Numbered from the stretch's first letter, positions 9,241 through 19,779 are shown. The stretch is 54,133 nucleotides of DNA from Dehalococcoidales bacterium (GCA_034432095.1 DAOUCV010000088.1:1-54133); one strand, 5' to 3'. A program made the numbers and translations. Notes: a model not told the origin generated them from the letters alone.

Positions 9241-10011
9241 ATGATGACCCTGAAAAATGAAATTGAATTCTATAGTAAGGTTGAAGTCTCCGCCAATACC
9301 GGTGAAATTGAGACCTGGGACCGGATAATATTCCCCAATGTTATCCGGAAGCGTGAAATTGAGTTAATTTTGGGTCAAATCTCCCAGGTAAAACCGAAAA
9401 GAATCCTGGACTTTGGCTGTGGGGCAGGATGGCTGAGTAAAATCTTATCCTTGAACGGCTACAGTGTTGTCGGGATTGATGTCGCCCCGTATTTAATCGA
9501 AAAAGCTACCAGGTTGTCCCTTGACAGGGCTCATTTTGTCGTTGGCGATTGTATGAATTTGCCTTTCCGAGAGAAATCTTTTGACTTCATCACAGGAGTT
9601 GCCATACTGCACCATCTGGACATAGACAAAGCCTTGGCTGAGTGCCGGCGGGTTACCGTTGACGGAGCGATGAGCCTGTTTCTGGAACCGAACAGGCTCA
9701 ATCCAATCTCGGCTCTGGGAGAGAAAATAGCACCTCATACAAGGGGAGAAAGACGTATAACCCGGGAGGGACTGAGAAGGTCACTTCTTAAACAGGGGTG
9801 GGCTGTCCGGGAGGTCCGGTGCCTTTTCCCCTATAGCTTCGGTCTAGCCTACCTGCTCGGAAGAACAGGGCTTCAAAACAGCAGCAAATTAGGATTTATT
9901 ACCAAACTGGTAAAGGTTTCAGAAGAGCTCTTGGAGAAAGTGCCCTTGCTGAATCAATTCGGCTCCACCTTGATGGTGGTCGCCAAAAGGATAAACGGTG
10001 GTGAGTCTTAA
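9241..10011 (+). CDS. Class I SAM-dependent methyltransferase
   Basis: ILDFGCGAG, VVGIDVA, GDCMNLPF, SFDFI, ILHHL, EPN. Confidence 0.88.
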   Translation: MMTLKNEIEFYSKVEVSANTGEIETWDRIIFPNVIRKREIELILGQISQVKPKRILDFGCGAGWLSKILSLNGYSVVGIDVAPYLIEKATRLSLDRAHFVVGDCMNLPFREKSFDFITGVAILHHLDIDKALAECRRVTVDGAMSLFLEPNRLNPISALGEKIAPHTRGERRITREGLRRSLLKQGWAVREVRCLFPYSFGLAYLLGRTGLQNSSKLGFITKLVKVSEELLEKVPLLNQFGSTLMVVAKRINGGES

Positions 10012-11446
10012 TATAACCCTGGTCAGCCCCAGAATTAGGGAGTGGAACCCAAACGTATGGGTGCCTCTTGGCATCTCATATGTCGCTGCGGTGTTAGAAC
10101 AAGCGGGACACAATGTCGAGATAATTGACCTGAATCTGGACAGTACAAAAGACCTCCGGAGAAGCATAGAGAATGCCGACATCGTGGGTATAACCGGCAT
10201 GATAACTGAATACCAGCAAGTTTTAAAGCTGGTCGATATGGTTAAACAGGGTAACGGGAGTTCAAGAGTAATTTTGGGAGGTCCTCTGGCAACAACCCTT
10301 CCTCGGGAGCTACTCCAGGCATCAACGGCTGATTTCGTTGTCATTGGTGAGGGTGAAAGAACAGTAGTTCAGCTTGTCTCGGCGATAGAACACGGTGATA
10401 GTTTCTCCAAGATCAATGGAATTGCGTATCGGGATGGTGACCAGATTGTTGTTACCGAGGCGGCGAAGCCCATAGTCAATCTAGACACTATCCCATTTCC
10501 AGCAAGACACCTCTTAGATATGAAGCGATATGCCACAAACCACTTTGCGCGTTTTGGCCTTAAGATTGAAGGGTTCGGCAAAATTAAGAGCACTAACCTG
10601 ATTACCAGCCGGGGATGCCCTTACAGTTGTACCTTTTGCTTTAAGGACATGTGGGGGTATAAATGGAGGGCACGAAGCCCAGCAAATATTATCGAAGAAA
10701 TGGAGCTACTGGGCAGGAGATATGGTATCAATGGTTTCTTCTTTAACGATGATACCTTTGTTCTTGACCGAAGAAGGATTTTTGAATTTTGCGATTTGCT
10801 AAAGAAGAAGGCCCTGGATGTAGTCTGGTATTGTAATGGGCGGGTGAACCTTATGAGCAGGGAACTGCTGAAAGCAATGTATGATGCTGGATGCCGGGGA
10901 ATTGCCTATGGCATAGAATCAGGGAACCAGCAGGTGCTGGACTCAATGAAAAAGAACCAGACCCTTGAGCAGACGAGAAACGTAGTTAAGTGGACGAGAG
11001 AGGTTGGATTTCACGTTGCCGGTTATTTTATGATTGGGATGCTGGGTGAAACCAAGGAGACTATTTGCCAGACCATCGCTTTCGCCAGGGAATTAGACCT
11101 GGATTTTTACGGGTTTTCAATAGTAACTCCGCTGCCTGGCACCGAGCTATATAAAGCTGCCCAAGAGCAAGGATTAATACAACGGGATATGACATCACTC
11201 AAAGAGTGGGGCTTTTATGTCAATGCCAACTTGACTCAGGATTGTACCGACGATGACCTGGTTGCTTTTGAGAATAAGGCGTTCCGGGAGTTTACTCTGG
11301 AGAAGTTTGGCAAATATTATCTCCTCACCCCGGGTTTCGTCAAAGGAGTAGCCGAGGTGCTTCTCTCAATTCGGAGCCGAAATGATGTGAAAGAATTAGC
11401 CAGGAAAGCCGGGGGAATTATCCGCTCTTACTGGCACGGGGCTTGA
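9998..11446 (+). CDS. B12-binding radical SAM protein (class B methylase-like)
   Basis: N-terminal cobalamin-binding region (PLGISYVAAVL, VILGGP, GEGE), SRGCPYSCTFC (CxxxCxxC), DDTF, GIESG, PLPGTELY. GTG start at 9998 or 10001. Confidence 0.9.
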   Translation: MVSLNITLVSPRIREWNPNVWVPLGISYVAAVLEQAGHNVEIIDLNLDSTKDLRRSIENADIVGITGMITEYQQVLKLVDMVKQGNGSSRVILGGPLATTLPRELLQASTADFVVIGEGERTVVQLVSAIEHGDSFSKINGIAYRDGDQIVVTEAAKPIVNLDTIPFPARHLLDMKRYATNHFARFGLKIEGFGKIKSTNLITSRGCPYSCTFCFKDMWGYKWRARSPANIIEEMELLGRRYGINGFFFNDDTFVLDRRRIFEFCDLLKKKALDVVWYCNGRVNLMSRELLKAMYDAGCRGIAYGIESGNQQVLDSMKKNQTLEQTRNVVKWTREVGFHVAGYFMIGMLGETKETICQTIAFARELDLDFYGFSIVTPLPGTELYKAAQEQGLIQRDMTSLKEWGFYVNANLTQDCTDDDLVAFENKAFREFTLEKFGKYYLLTPGFVKGVAEVLLSIRSRNDVKELARKAGGIIRSYWHGA

Positions 11447-11447
11447 G

Positions 11448-12605
11448 ATGAAGATTTTACAGGTGTTCCACATTTTCTCTTTGCCACACGGTGGCGGGAC
11501 TACAGACGTGGTGTATAAGCTCTCGAGGGCTCTATCCCAGAGAGGGCATGAGGTGACGATATATACCAGTGATTTTGAACTGGACCAAGAATATATAGAT
11601 TCTCTACCGGGTGTAGAAGTTTGCCCTTTCCACAGCTGGTTCAACCTATCACAGATTCATTTGACACCGGGCCTGGCCACACGAACAAAGAGAAAGCTCA
11701 AAGATTTTGACATTGTCCACATCCATCAGTTCAGAAGTTTTCAAAATATAGTAATATGGTACTATGCCAGGAAATATGGCATCCCATATATAGTAGATGC
11801 CCATGGTTCCACCCCAAGAACGGGGAAAGCAGGACTTAAGTGGCTGTTCGATGTTATCTTTGGCTACCGGATTCTGAAAGACGCCGGTAGAGTCGTTGCT
11901 GAGACTGAAACGGGAGTCAATGAATATAAAATGTTCGGGGTAGATGCGGATAAAATTGTCCTGATTACTCCTCCTTTTGCCATTGAGGAGTTCTCCCGGC
12001 TACCGCCACGGGGGTTATTCCGGGAGAAATACCATATCAAGGAAAAGCATATAGTTTTGTTTCTCGGTAGAATACACTGGATAAAGGGGCTTGACTTTCT
12101 GGTGGAATCATTCTACGAACTGACCAAGTCTAGAACCGACACTATTTTGGTAATAGTCGGCAATGATGACGGCTATAAGCCCACCCTGGACAGGCTAATC
12201 GGCAGGCTAAATCTGGCAGATAAGGTCTTATTCACCGGATTTCTGGGCGGGGTAGATAAACTATCGGCACTGGTTGATGCCGATGTGCTGGTGCAGACCT
12301 CCATCTACGAGCAAGGCACGGGGGTGCCTTTTGAAGCCATACTATGTAATACACCTATTATCGTCAGCAAGTATACCAGTGCTAGCGAGAATGTGACGAA
12401 AATTGACGCCGGATACCTGGTAGAATACGGTAACAAAAAAGAGCTATGCGATACAATGCAATACGTCCTGGACCATCCGGGTCAAGCCAAGAGCAAAACA
12501 CAAAGAGCAAAAGAATATATCAAGGCAAACCTATCCATAGATAAGGTGGTGGAGAAATACGAACACCTCTATATTGACTGCATTACTGAACGAAGGGTAA
12601 ATTAG
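11448..12605 (+). CDS. Glycosyltransferase family 4
   Basis: HGGG, DIVHIH, FLGRIHWIKG, IVGND, SIYEQGTGVPFEAILCNTPII. Confidence 0.88.
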   Translation: MKILQVFHIFSLPHGGGTTDVVYKLSRALSQRGHEVTIYTSDFELDQEYIDSLPGVEVCPFHSWFNLSQIHLTPGLATRTKRKLKDFDIVHIHQFRSFQNIVIWYYARKYGIPYIVDAHGSTPRTGKAGLKWLFDVIFGYRILKDAGRVVAETETGVNEYKMFGVDADKIVLITPPFAIEEFSRLPPRGLFREKYHIKEKHIVLFLGRIHWIKGLDFLVESFYELTKSRTDTILVIVGNDDGYKPTLDRLIGRLNLADKVLFTGFLGGVDKLSALVDADVLVQTSIYEQGTGVPFEAILCNTPIIVSKYTSASENVTKIDAGYLVEYGNKKELCDTMQYVLDHPGQAKSKTQRAKEYIKANLSIDKVVEKYEHLYIDCITERRVN

Positions 12606-12615
12606 GCAAACCAAT

Positions 12616-13539
12616 ATGAGCATTCTTGTTACTGGTGCTACTGGTTTCATAGGTTCTCATTTATGCCGGGTACTGGTTCAGCGGGGACATCAGGTAGTAG
12701 GGTTATCCCTCTCCGGGAGAACGGATAACATAATACCGCTATTGCACCATAGAGGATTTCACCTTGAGCGGGGTGACATCCGGGACGAAGATATGATGCG
12801 CAGCATAATAAAGAATAACCGGATAAAGACGGTGTTCCATCTGGCAGCCCTTCTGCCCAATGGCAGCAACCTTGACAATGCCTTATTATACTTTGACACT
12901 AATGCCCGGGGAACACTCAATCTACTAAACGCGGCGTACCTGAATGCCGTTGATATGTTTATATACTCGTCTACCATGAGTGTATATGCTGAACCGCCCC
13001 GGTATCTGCCAGTGGATGAGAGCCATCCGGTGCAACCCTCTACAACCTACAGTGTCGCTAAGCTAACGGGTGAGCTTTGCTGTCATCTATACTCCAAGGC
13101 AATGAACATAATTATTCTCCGGTATTCTGGAGCCTACGGGCGTGGTGAACGGGAATCCAATGCGATACCTACATTCATTAACCAGGCACTGAACAACCGG
13201 CCAATTACCATACACGGTGATGGTAATCAAACCAGTGATTTTGTATATATAGATGACGTGGTCCAAGGTACCGTCCTCGCCTGGGAGAAGAACAGACCAG
13301 GGGTCTATAATATTGGTAGCGGGCAAGAAACGAGTATAAGGGAGCTGGCTAAAATTATCATTAATTTGACCAATTCCAAATCGGAAGTGACTCTGACCGG
13401 CAAGAGCAGTGAGCGCCCTTTCAGATTTTTCCTGGATATCACGAAGGCACAAAAAATTCTAGATTATTCACCCCGCCCCATTGACGAGGGATTACCAAAA
13501 TACCTGAAAGAATTCAGTAATGTGAGGTGCGAGAAATGA
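12616..13539 (+). CDS. NAD-dependent nucleotide-sugar epimerase/dehydratase
   Basis: TGATGFIG, HLAA, SSTMSVY, YSVAK, DFVYIDDVV. Confidence 0.88.
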   Translation: MSILVTGATGFIGSHLCRVLVQRGHQVVGLSLSGRTDNIIPLLHHRGFHLERGDIRDEDMMRSIIKNNRIKTVFHLAALLPNGSNLDNALLYFDTNARGTLNLLNAAYLNAVDMFIYSSTMSVYAEPPRYLPVDESHPVQPSTTYSVAKLTGELCCHLYSKAMNIIILRYSGAYGRGERESNAIPTFINQALNNRPITIHGDGNQTSDFVYIDDVVQGTVLAWEKNRPGVYNIGSGQETSIRELAKIIINLTNSKSEVTLTGKSSERPFRFFLDITKAQKILDYSPRPIDEGLPKYLKEFSNVRCEK

Positions 13540-14501
13540 AGATATTAATAACTGGCGGGGCTGGATTTATTGGCAGTCACCTGTGTGACAAATATACCAG
13601 CGAAGGGCATACGGTGCTGTGCCTGGATAATTTCATGAGCGGAAACCTGACCAATGTCAGGCACCTGTTGGACTACCGGAACTTCAAATTGATAAAAGGT
13701 GATGTCAGAGACTTTGCCCTGCTAGAAAAGATTATGCCTGATGTCGATGTCGTCTTTCACCTAGCTGCCCAGGTCCATGTGGATAGGTCTTACATCGAGC
13801 CTCGCCTTACTTATGAGGTGAATGTTATGGGGACACAGAATATCCTGGAAGCAGCCAAGATGTATGACGCCAAGAAGGTTATCTACGCTTCAACAAGCGA
13901 GGTATATGGCTCAGCCCAGTATGTGCCTATAGATGAAAAACACCCATTGAATGCCCCTCACCCCTACGGGGCAAGTAAGATAGCGGCTGACAGAATGTGC
14001 TATGCCTATATTCAGACCTATGGACTGAATATCTCCATAGTCAGGCTTTTCAATATCTTCGGCCCACGACAAAGGGACATCGGCTACGGAGGAGTGATAT
14101 CTATATTTATTAGAAGAATCCTGAGCAATACGCCTCCTATTATCTACGGCGATGGTCAACAAACCAGGGACTATACCTATGTCGAGGACGCTGTTAGGGC
14201 CTATGACTTACTCCTGAACCACAAAGAGCCGATAAATGAACCAGTTAATTTTGGTAGCGGGCGGGAAGAGTCAATCATCGACCTGGCCAATAGGCTCATC
14301 AACCTGTGCGGTAAAAAAGGCGAGATTAAACCAGTGCATGTTGAACCAAGAATTGGAGAGGTTAAGCGGCTTATCGCCGACGCCACCAGGGCTAAAGAGC
14401 TCCTGGGATGGGTGCCTAAATACGATTTGGAGACCGGGCTCCAAGAATTCGTGCAATGGTACAGGAACTATGGTTTCGAGGAAAGAATCAAGATAGAATG
14501 A
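13536..14501 (+). CDS. NAD-dependent nucleotide-sugar epimerase/dehydratase
   Basis: Start ATG 13536 (ATGA overlap, RBS GAGGTG). TGGAGFIG, ASTSEVYG, PYGASK, RLFNIFGP, TRDYTYVED. Confidence 0.9.
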   Translation: MKILITGGAGFIGSHLCDKYTSEGHTVLCLDNFMSGNLTNVRHLLDYRNFKLIKGDVRDFALLEKIMPDVDVVFHLAAQVHVDRSYIEPRLTYEVNVMGTQNILEAAKMYDAKKVIYASTSEVYGSAQYVPIDEKHPLNAPHPYGASKIAADRMCYAYIQTYGLNISIVRLFNIFGPRQRDIGYGGVISIFIRRILSNTPPIIYGDGQQTRDYTYVEDAVRAYDLLLNHKEPINEPVNFGSGREESIIDLANRLINLCGKKGEIKPVHVEPRIGEVKRLIADATRAKELLGWVPKYDLETGLQEFVQWYRNYGFEERIKIE

Positions 14502-15511
14502 CACAGCAACCAAATCCAGTTACTCCAGAAGCAGCAATAGATATTCCCACGCCTACCCTGCAGGCATTGTATGTCACGATGCTACGAATCCGCAGGTGCG
14601 AGGAGAAAATAGCTGAATGCCTCCAGCCTAAGCCGGAGATAGTGTGTCCCGTTCACCTCTACATCGGGCAGGAGGCGGTAGCGGCTGGTGTCTGTGCCAA
14701 CCTAAGGAAGGACGATTACGTTTTCAGTACCCACCGTAGCCACGGGCACTATATTGCCAAGGGCGGTGACATAAAGGCTCTGGTAGCTGAGCTGTACGGG
14801 AAAGCGAGGGGATGTTCCCGGGGCAGGGGTGGTTCTATGCATCTGACATCACCCGAAGTGGGGCTGCTCGGTAGTTCAGCTATTGTTGGCGGGACCATCC
14901 CTTTAGCGGTAGGAGTTGCTTTAGCCATGTCCCTAAGAGGACGGGACAGCGTCTCGGTTGCCTTCTTTGGTGATGGTGCTACTCATGAAGGCGTGTTTTA
15001 TGAATCCCTTAACTTCGCCTCACTCAAGAAACTACCGGTCGTGTTTATCTGCGAAAACAACCTCTACTCTACTCATATGCCAATTTCCGCCTGCCTTGCC
15101 GACACCAATATTTACCAGAAGGCCAAGACCTTTGCCATGCCCGGCATCAGAATTGACGGGAACAACGTATTTGAAGTTTTTGGGGCTGCTAAGAAGGCAA
15201 TTGCAGATGCCCGCTGTGGGCAGGGCCCCACGTTAATCGAGTGTCTGACCTACAGATGGCGAGGACACGTCGGTCCAAGCGATGATTTAGACAAGGGGCT
15301 TAGGTCTAAAAAAGAGCTGGACTACTGGATGGATAGATGCCCGGTCAAGCTACTGGAGGAGTTCCTGTTAAAGCACAGGATTCTATCCGAGCCAGAAAAA
15401 ATCCGAATATATAATGAAATCGATAAAGAGATAGAAGAGGCTATCCGTTTTGCCAGAGAAAGCCCCTACCCTGACAAAAATAGTCTTTTAGATTATGTAT
15501 TTAAGGTTTGA
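14498..15511 (+). CDS. ThDP-dependent dehydrogenase E1 alpha-like subunit
   Basis: Start ATG 14498 (ATGA overlap). HLYIGQEA, HRSHGH, GGSMH, ThDP motif GDGA...ESLN, CENN, YRWRGH. Confidence 0.88.
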   Translation: MTQQPNPVTPEAAIDIPTPTLQALYVTMLRIRRCEEKIAECLQPKPEIVCPVHLYIGQEAVAAGVCANLRKDDYVFSTHRSHGHYIAKGGDIKALVAELYGKARGCSRGRGGSMHLTSPEVGLLGSSAIVGGTIPLAVGVALAMSLRGRDSVSVAFFGDGATHEGVFYESLNFASLKKLPVVFICENNLYSTHMPISACLADTNIYQKAKTFAMPGIRIDGNNVFEVFGAAKKAIADARCGQGPTLIECLTYRWRGHVGPSDDLDKGLRSKKELDYWMDRCPVKLLEEFLLKHRILSEPEKIRIYNEIDKEIEEAIRFARESPYPDKNSLLDYVFKV

Positions 15512-15522
15512 CAAGGTAGAAA

Positions 15523-16497
15523 ATGCGCCGGATATCTTACGCCCAGGCAATCAATGAAACCCTGCACCAGTTGATAGAAAGTGATGAGCGTGTGTTTCTC
15601 ATTGGGCAGGGGGTCACCAGCCCCTGGTATGTGGGTACGACTACCGTCGGGCTTATTGACCGCTTCGGTCCGAAACGCATAATTGATACCCCGGTATCGG
15701 AAAATGGTATTACTGGCGTCGCTGTAGGGGCAGCCTTAGCTGGAATGCGCCCAATCTTAGTGCACCCCAGAATGGACTTTATGTATTATGCGTTGGACCA
15801 GATAGCCAACCACGCCGCTAACTGGCACTATATGCTCGGCGGGCAATTAAGCGTGCCCCTGACCATCTGGGCAATTATTAATCGGGGAGGAGAGCAAGCT
15901 GCTCAGCACTCCCAGGCTTTACAGGCAATCTTTACTCACATTCCGGGACTAAAGGTAGTAATGCCCAGCACGCCGTATGATGCTAAAGGGCTCCTCACTG
16001 CCAGCATCGCCGATGATAACCCGGTAGTCTATATTGATGACCGCTGGCTGTACCAGCATGCAGGTGAGGTACCTGAAGAACTGTACTCGGTCCCAATTGG
16101 GAAGGGAGTAGTAAGAAGAGAAGGAAAAGATGCCACGATAGTGGCAACTTCATATATGGTAACAGAAGCGATCAAGGCGGCGGTGGATTTGGAGAAAGAT
16201 GGAATAGATGTAGAGGTAATCGACCTCCGTTCCCTCAAACCTCTTGATGAAGCTCTCCTGGTGGAATCGGTAAAAAAGACGGGCAAACTCGTTATCGCTG
16301 ATGCTGGCTGGAGAACTTGTGGTGTAGGAGCTGAGCTTGCGGCTCTGGTTGTTGAAAAAGCCTTTGAGTACCTGAAAACGCCGATTACGCGTGTTTCCTT
16401 GCCCGATTCTCCCGCTCCAGCCAGCTCGGCTCTGGAGGAAGTATATTATCCTAAAGCCAGAGATATAATCTCGGCAGTGAAGGAACTGGCAGAGTGA
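15523..16497 (+). CDS. ThDP-dependent dehydrogenase E1 beta-like subunit
   Basis: DTPVSENG, QHSQ, GLKVVMPS, VEVIDLRSLKPLD, KKTGKLVI. Confidence 0.9.
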   Translation: MRRISYAQAINETLHQLIESDERVFLIGQGVTSPWYVGTTTVGLIDRFGPKRIIDTPVSENGITGVAVGAALAGMRPILVHPRMDFMYYALDQIANHAANWHYMLGGQLSVPLTIWAIINRGGEQAAQHSQALQAIFTHIPGLKVVMPSTPYDAKGLLTASIADDNPVVYIDDRWLYQHAGEVPEELYSVPIGKGVVRREGKDATIVATSYMVTEAIKAAVDLEKDGIDVEVIDLRSLKPLDEALLVESVKKTGKLVIADAGWRTCGVGAELAALVVEKAFEYLKTPITRVSLPDSPAPASSALEEVYYPKARDIISAVKELAE

Positions 16498-16503
16498 AAA
16501 GAT

Positions 16504-17613
16504 ATGAAGTATCGAGTCCCCTTCGTTGATTACCCCACACATTACCGTCGTATCCGGAAGGAAATTGACGCTGCCATCAAGGCAGTGCTAAATGGTGGAG
16601 ATTTTATTCTGCGCCAGCAGTTAAGAGACTTTGAAAGCCACATTGCTGACTATGTCGGAGTGGATTATGCTGTGGGCGTTAACAGCGGAACCGACGCTCT
16701 GCACTTGTCCCTGTTAGCCGCCGGCATAGGACCCGGGGATGAAGTTATCACGGTGGCTCATACCTTTGTCGCTTCCGTAGCCGTAATTAAGCACTGCGGA
16801 GCCACTCCGATACTGGTGGATGTGGGCAAAGATTTCAATATGGATATGGAACAGGTGGAACCAGCTATCACCCCAAAAACAAAAGCCATTATGCCTGTCC
16901 ATCTGAATGGCCGCCCTTGTGATATGGCCAGACTGATGACCATTGCCCGTAGGTATAACCTACTGATAATTGAGGATGCTGCCCAAGCCCTGGGGGCGGC
17001 TTTTGAGGGCAAGAAGGCTGGTTCCTTTGGTCTGGCCGGTTGTTTTAGCTTCTACCCGGCCAAGATTCTGGGCGGCTTTGGCGATGGCGGCATAGTCGTC
17101 ACCAATAACCAGGAGGTAGCCAAAAAGGTTCGCTTGCTCCGCGACCACGGGCAGGATAGGGAGACCGGGGACATTCTCGGCTATGGTTTTAACAGCCGCT
17201 TAGACAACCTGCAAGCCGCTATTCTCGATGTAAAACTCAAACACCTGCCTGATTGGATTAAAAGGAGGCGCAAGCTGGCTAACCTCTATGAGCGAGGCTT
17301 ATCCGGTCTATCTCAGGTAAAGACGCCTCCGCCACCACAGGAAGGCCGTTATTTTGACGTCTTTACCAACTATGTAATAAGGGCTGAAAAACGAGATGAG
17401 CTGGTTAACTATCTAAGGGAATCAGGCATTGAGATTCTGATTTCCTGGCCCAAATCGATGCACCATCACCCGGCATTAGGGCTGAGGCATTTCAGCCTTC
17501 CCGAAACCGAGAAAATATCACAAGAGGTGCTCTCCCTGCCCCTTTTCCCGGAGCTAGGCGAGGATAAAGTGGAGTTTGTAATAGAGTCTATTCGCAATTT
17601 CTATAAGCGATAG
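16504..17613 (+). CDS. DegT/DnrJ/EryC1/StrS PLP sugar aminotransferase
   Basis: NSGTDAL, GDEVIT, IEDAAQA, FSFYPAK (PLP Lys), GDGG, NSRLD, LSLPLFP. Confidence 0.92.
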   Translation: MKYRVPFVDYPTHYRRIRKEIDAAIKAVLNGGDFILRQQLRDFESHIADYVGVDYAVGVNSGTDALHLSLLAAGIGPGDEVITVAHTFVASVAVIKHCGATPILVDVGKDFNMDMEQVEPAITPKTKAIMPVHLNGRPCDMARLMTIARRYNLLIIEDAAQALGAAFEGKKAGSFGLAGCFSFYPAKILGGFGDGGIVVTNNQEVAKKVRLLRDHGQDRETGDILGYGFNSRLDNLQAAILDVKLKHLPDWIKRRRKLANLYERGLSGLSQVKTPPPPQEGRYFDVFTNYVIRAEKRDELVNYLRESGIEILISWPKSMHHHPALGLRHFSLPETEKISQEVLSLPLFPELGEDKVEFVIESIRNFYKR

Positions 17614-17636
17614 GGGTTTCTTACGAGGGTGGCAGA

Positions 17637-18371
17637 ATGAAACAACGACTAGCGCATCTCTTCATGCACTGGCCCGCTTTCTACTATTTCATAGCTAGGG
17701 TTTACTCTTTTGCTGGGTCTTTAATCGGGATGAGAGTAGCAGAGAAATGGTGGGCAGCTAGAAGCTCATTTGCTAAGAGCTACTGGGGTAGTCGGAGTCT
17801 CTCTAGCAGAGGCTTTCTAGTAGAAAGGATAGCTGCCTTTTCGCCTATTGACAGTATTCTTGAAGTGGGGTGTGCCAGCGGACCAAATCTGTATGTACTA
17901 GCAAAGAAATTCCCTAAAGCACAGATTGTAGGCATCGATATTAACAGAGAAGCTATAGAGTATGGTAAGGCACAGTTTGCACAGGAAGGGATTGCGAATG
18001 TTAGGCTGTTTGTTAGCAAAGCAGACGAGCTAGGAAAATTTCAAGACAAGGCTTTTGACGTTGTATTTACTGATGCCGTTCTCACGCATATTAGCCCAAA
18101 CAAAATCAAGAAAGTTATAAGTGAGATGCTTCGTATTACTCGACGAGCATTAATTCTAATGGAGCCACACTCCTTTGAGCTTAATGAGAAAGACCTACTC
18201 AAACTTGGAATCCTCACATACTATGGTGGCCAGTGGATAAGAAGCTATACGGCTTTACTAAAGCAATTCGTTCCAGAAGAGCAAATAAGGGTTACTAGAA
18301 TTCCAGAGGATGTCTGGCCCGAAAAACCCTGGAAAGAACTAGGTGCTGTTATTGAAGTAGTTGTCTCGTAA
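17637..18371 (+). CDS. Class I SAM-dependent methyltransferase
   Basis: ILEVGCASG, VGIDIN, FDVVFTDAVL; more AT-rich and CTAG-rich than its neighbours. Confidence 0.85.
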   Translation: MKQRLAHLFMHWPAFYYFIARVYSFAGSLIGMRVAEKWWAARSSFAKSYWGSRSLSSRGFLVERIAAFSPIDSILEVGCASGPNLYVLAKKFPKAQIVGIDINREAIEYGKAQFAQEGIANVRLFVSKADELGKFQDKAFDVVFTDAVLTHISPNKIKKVISEMLRITRRALILMEPHSFELNEKDLLKLGILTYYGGQWIRSYTALLKQFVPEEQIRVTRIPEDVWPEKPWKELGAVIEVVVS

Positions 18372-18419
18372 TTTGTACAGTAGAGACCGAATTAATAGCA
18401 GGGTTTGAGAGGTCTTTGG

Positions 18420-19739
18420 ATGAAGCGGGTTTTGATTATAGTGCACTTGCCTCGGGCATCACCCCGCATCGCCGGTTTAGTCAACCATCTTGCTGAATTT
18501 GGCTGGGAGTCGACTATTTTGACTGGGGCCACCAGTCAATACAAAGATTTGCCGGCAAGAATAGTGGAGACGCCTTACCGAGATGCCTTGGGATTGTTAG
18601 GACGTTTACTTAGAGTTAACCCGGCAGAAGATGCAAGACGGCAATTCTATCACCGCCTGGGCATAGTTTCTAAGAAGTCCCCGCTTGATTTTTTCTTTAG
18701 CCTGGGAGGAGAGGTTGTGAACTACCCCTGCCCTGACAAAAACTGGAAGCCATTCGCTCTCCAGGCAGGCAACAAGCTTTTGCAAGAGGAAAATATAGAT
18801 GCTATTGTCTCTAGTTCTCCCCCGGTAACCAGCCACATTGTTGCCAGAGAACTGAAGGCGAAATACAAGACTCCGTGGCTGGCTGATTTTCGCGACCTAT
18901 GGTTGCAGAATGCTAACTATGCCTACGGGGCCTTGAGAAGGTTGCTTGACAGGAGACTGGAACTAAAAACACTATCGAGCGCTGATGCGCTGGTGACTGT
19001 CTCTGAACCCTTGGCCGAGAAACTACGCGCCTTACACAAAGGAAAACCGGTTTACGCAATTACCCATGGCTTCGACCCGGCTGAGGTGAATGTTCCGCCG
19101 GCTAAGCTGACGGCCAAGTTCACCATTACCTATGCCGGTCTGCTTTATTCCAGGAGACAAGACCCAACAAGACTTTTCGCGGCTCTACGAGAGCTTACCC
19201 TCAATAGGACTCTGAATCCGGAAGAGATTGAAGTCAATTTTTATGGTCCCGAAGAGGGATGGCTACACCAGGAAATCGGACGATATGCCTTGTCAGGCAT
19301 CGTAAAACAGAATGGTATAGTACCCCATCAGGTTGCGCTGCAAAAGGAAAGGGAGTCACAGGTACTGCTTCTTTTGGACTGGGATGACCCGCAGGAAAAG
19401 GGGGTCTATACCGGGAAGATTTTTGAATATCTCGGGGCGAGGAGACCTATATTAGCTACCGGAGGGACAAAAGGGGACGTCGTCGACCAACTGTTAAAGG
19501 AAACCGGAGCTGGAGTACACGCTCCAACTGTTGAAGATGTAAAGATTGCCCTCAAAGAGTTGTACCGGGAATATAAGTTGAAAGGTGAGGTAACCTACCG
19601 GGGGAAAGAATCGGAGATTAATAAATACAGCCACCGGGAAATGGCTCGGAAGTTCGCCGATATTCTTGACCACTTGGCCACAAATAATCCACCTCAAATT
19701 CATTCGGTCGGTTTTGACAAGCACACTTCAAGCCAGTAA
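18420..19739 (+). CDS. Glycosyltransferase family 4-like
   Basis: Start moved to ATG 18420. SSSPPVTSH, WLADFRDLW, ITHGFD, TGKIFEYLGARRPILA. Confidence 0.85.
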   Translation: MKRVLIIVHLPRASPRIAGLVNHLAEFGWESTILTGATSQYKDLPARIVETPYRDALGLLGRLLRVNPAEDARRQFYHRLGIVSKKSPLDFFFSLGGEVVNYPCPDKNWKPFALQAGNKLLQEENIDAIVSSSPPVTSHIVARELKAKYKTPWLADFRDLWLQNANYAYGALRRLLDRRLELKTLSSADALVTVSEPLAEKLRALHKGKPVYAITHGFDPAEVNVPPAKLTAKFTITYAGLLYSRRQDPTRLFAALRELTLNRTLNPEEIEVNFYGPEEGWLHQEIGRYALSGIVKQNGIVPHQVALQKERESQVLLLLDWDDPQEKGVYTGKIFEYLGARRPILATGGTKGDVVDQLLKETGAGVHAPTVEDVKIALKELYREYKLKGEVTYRGKESEINKYSHREMARKFADILDHLATNNPPQIHSVGFDKHTSSQ

Positions 19740-19779
19740 GATAGTTGCTAAAAAGAGAGTAAGCAGGGTATTTCCTCAT

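Noticed and set aside
14498-16497. Housekeeping pyruvate or acetoin dehydrogenase
   Set aside because: No E2/E3 genes and translational coupling to sugar enzymes; left without a gene symbol.
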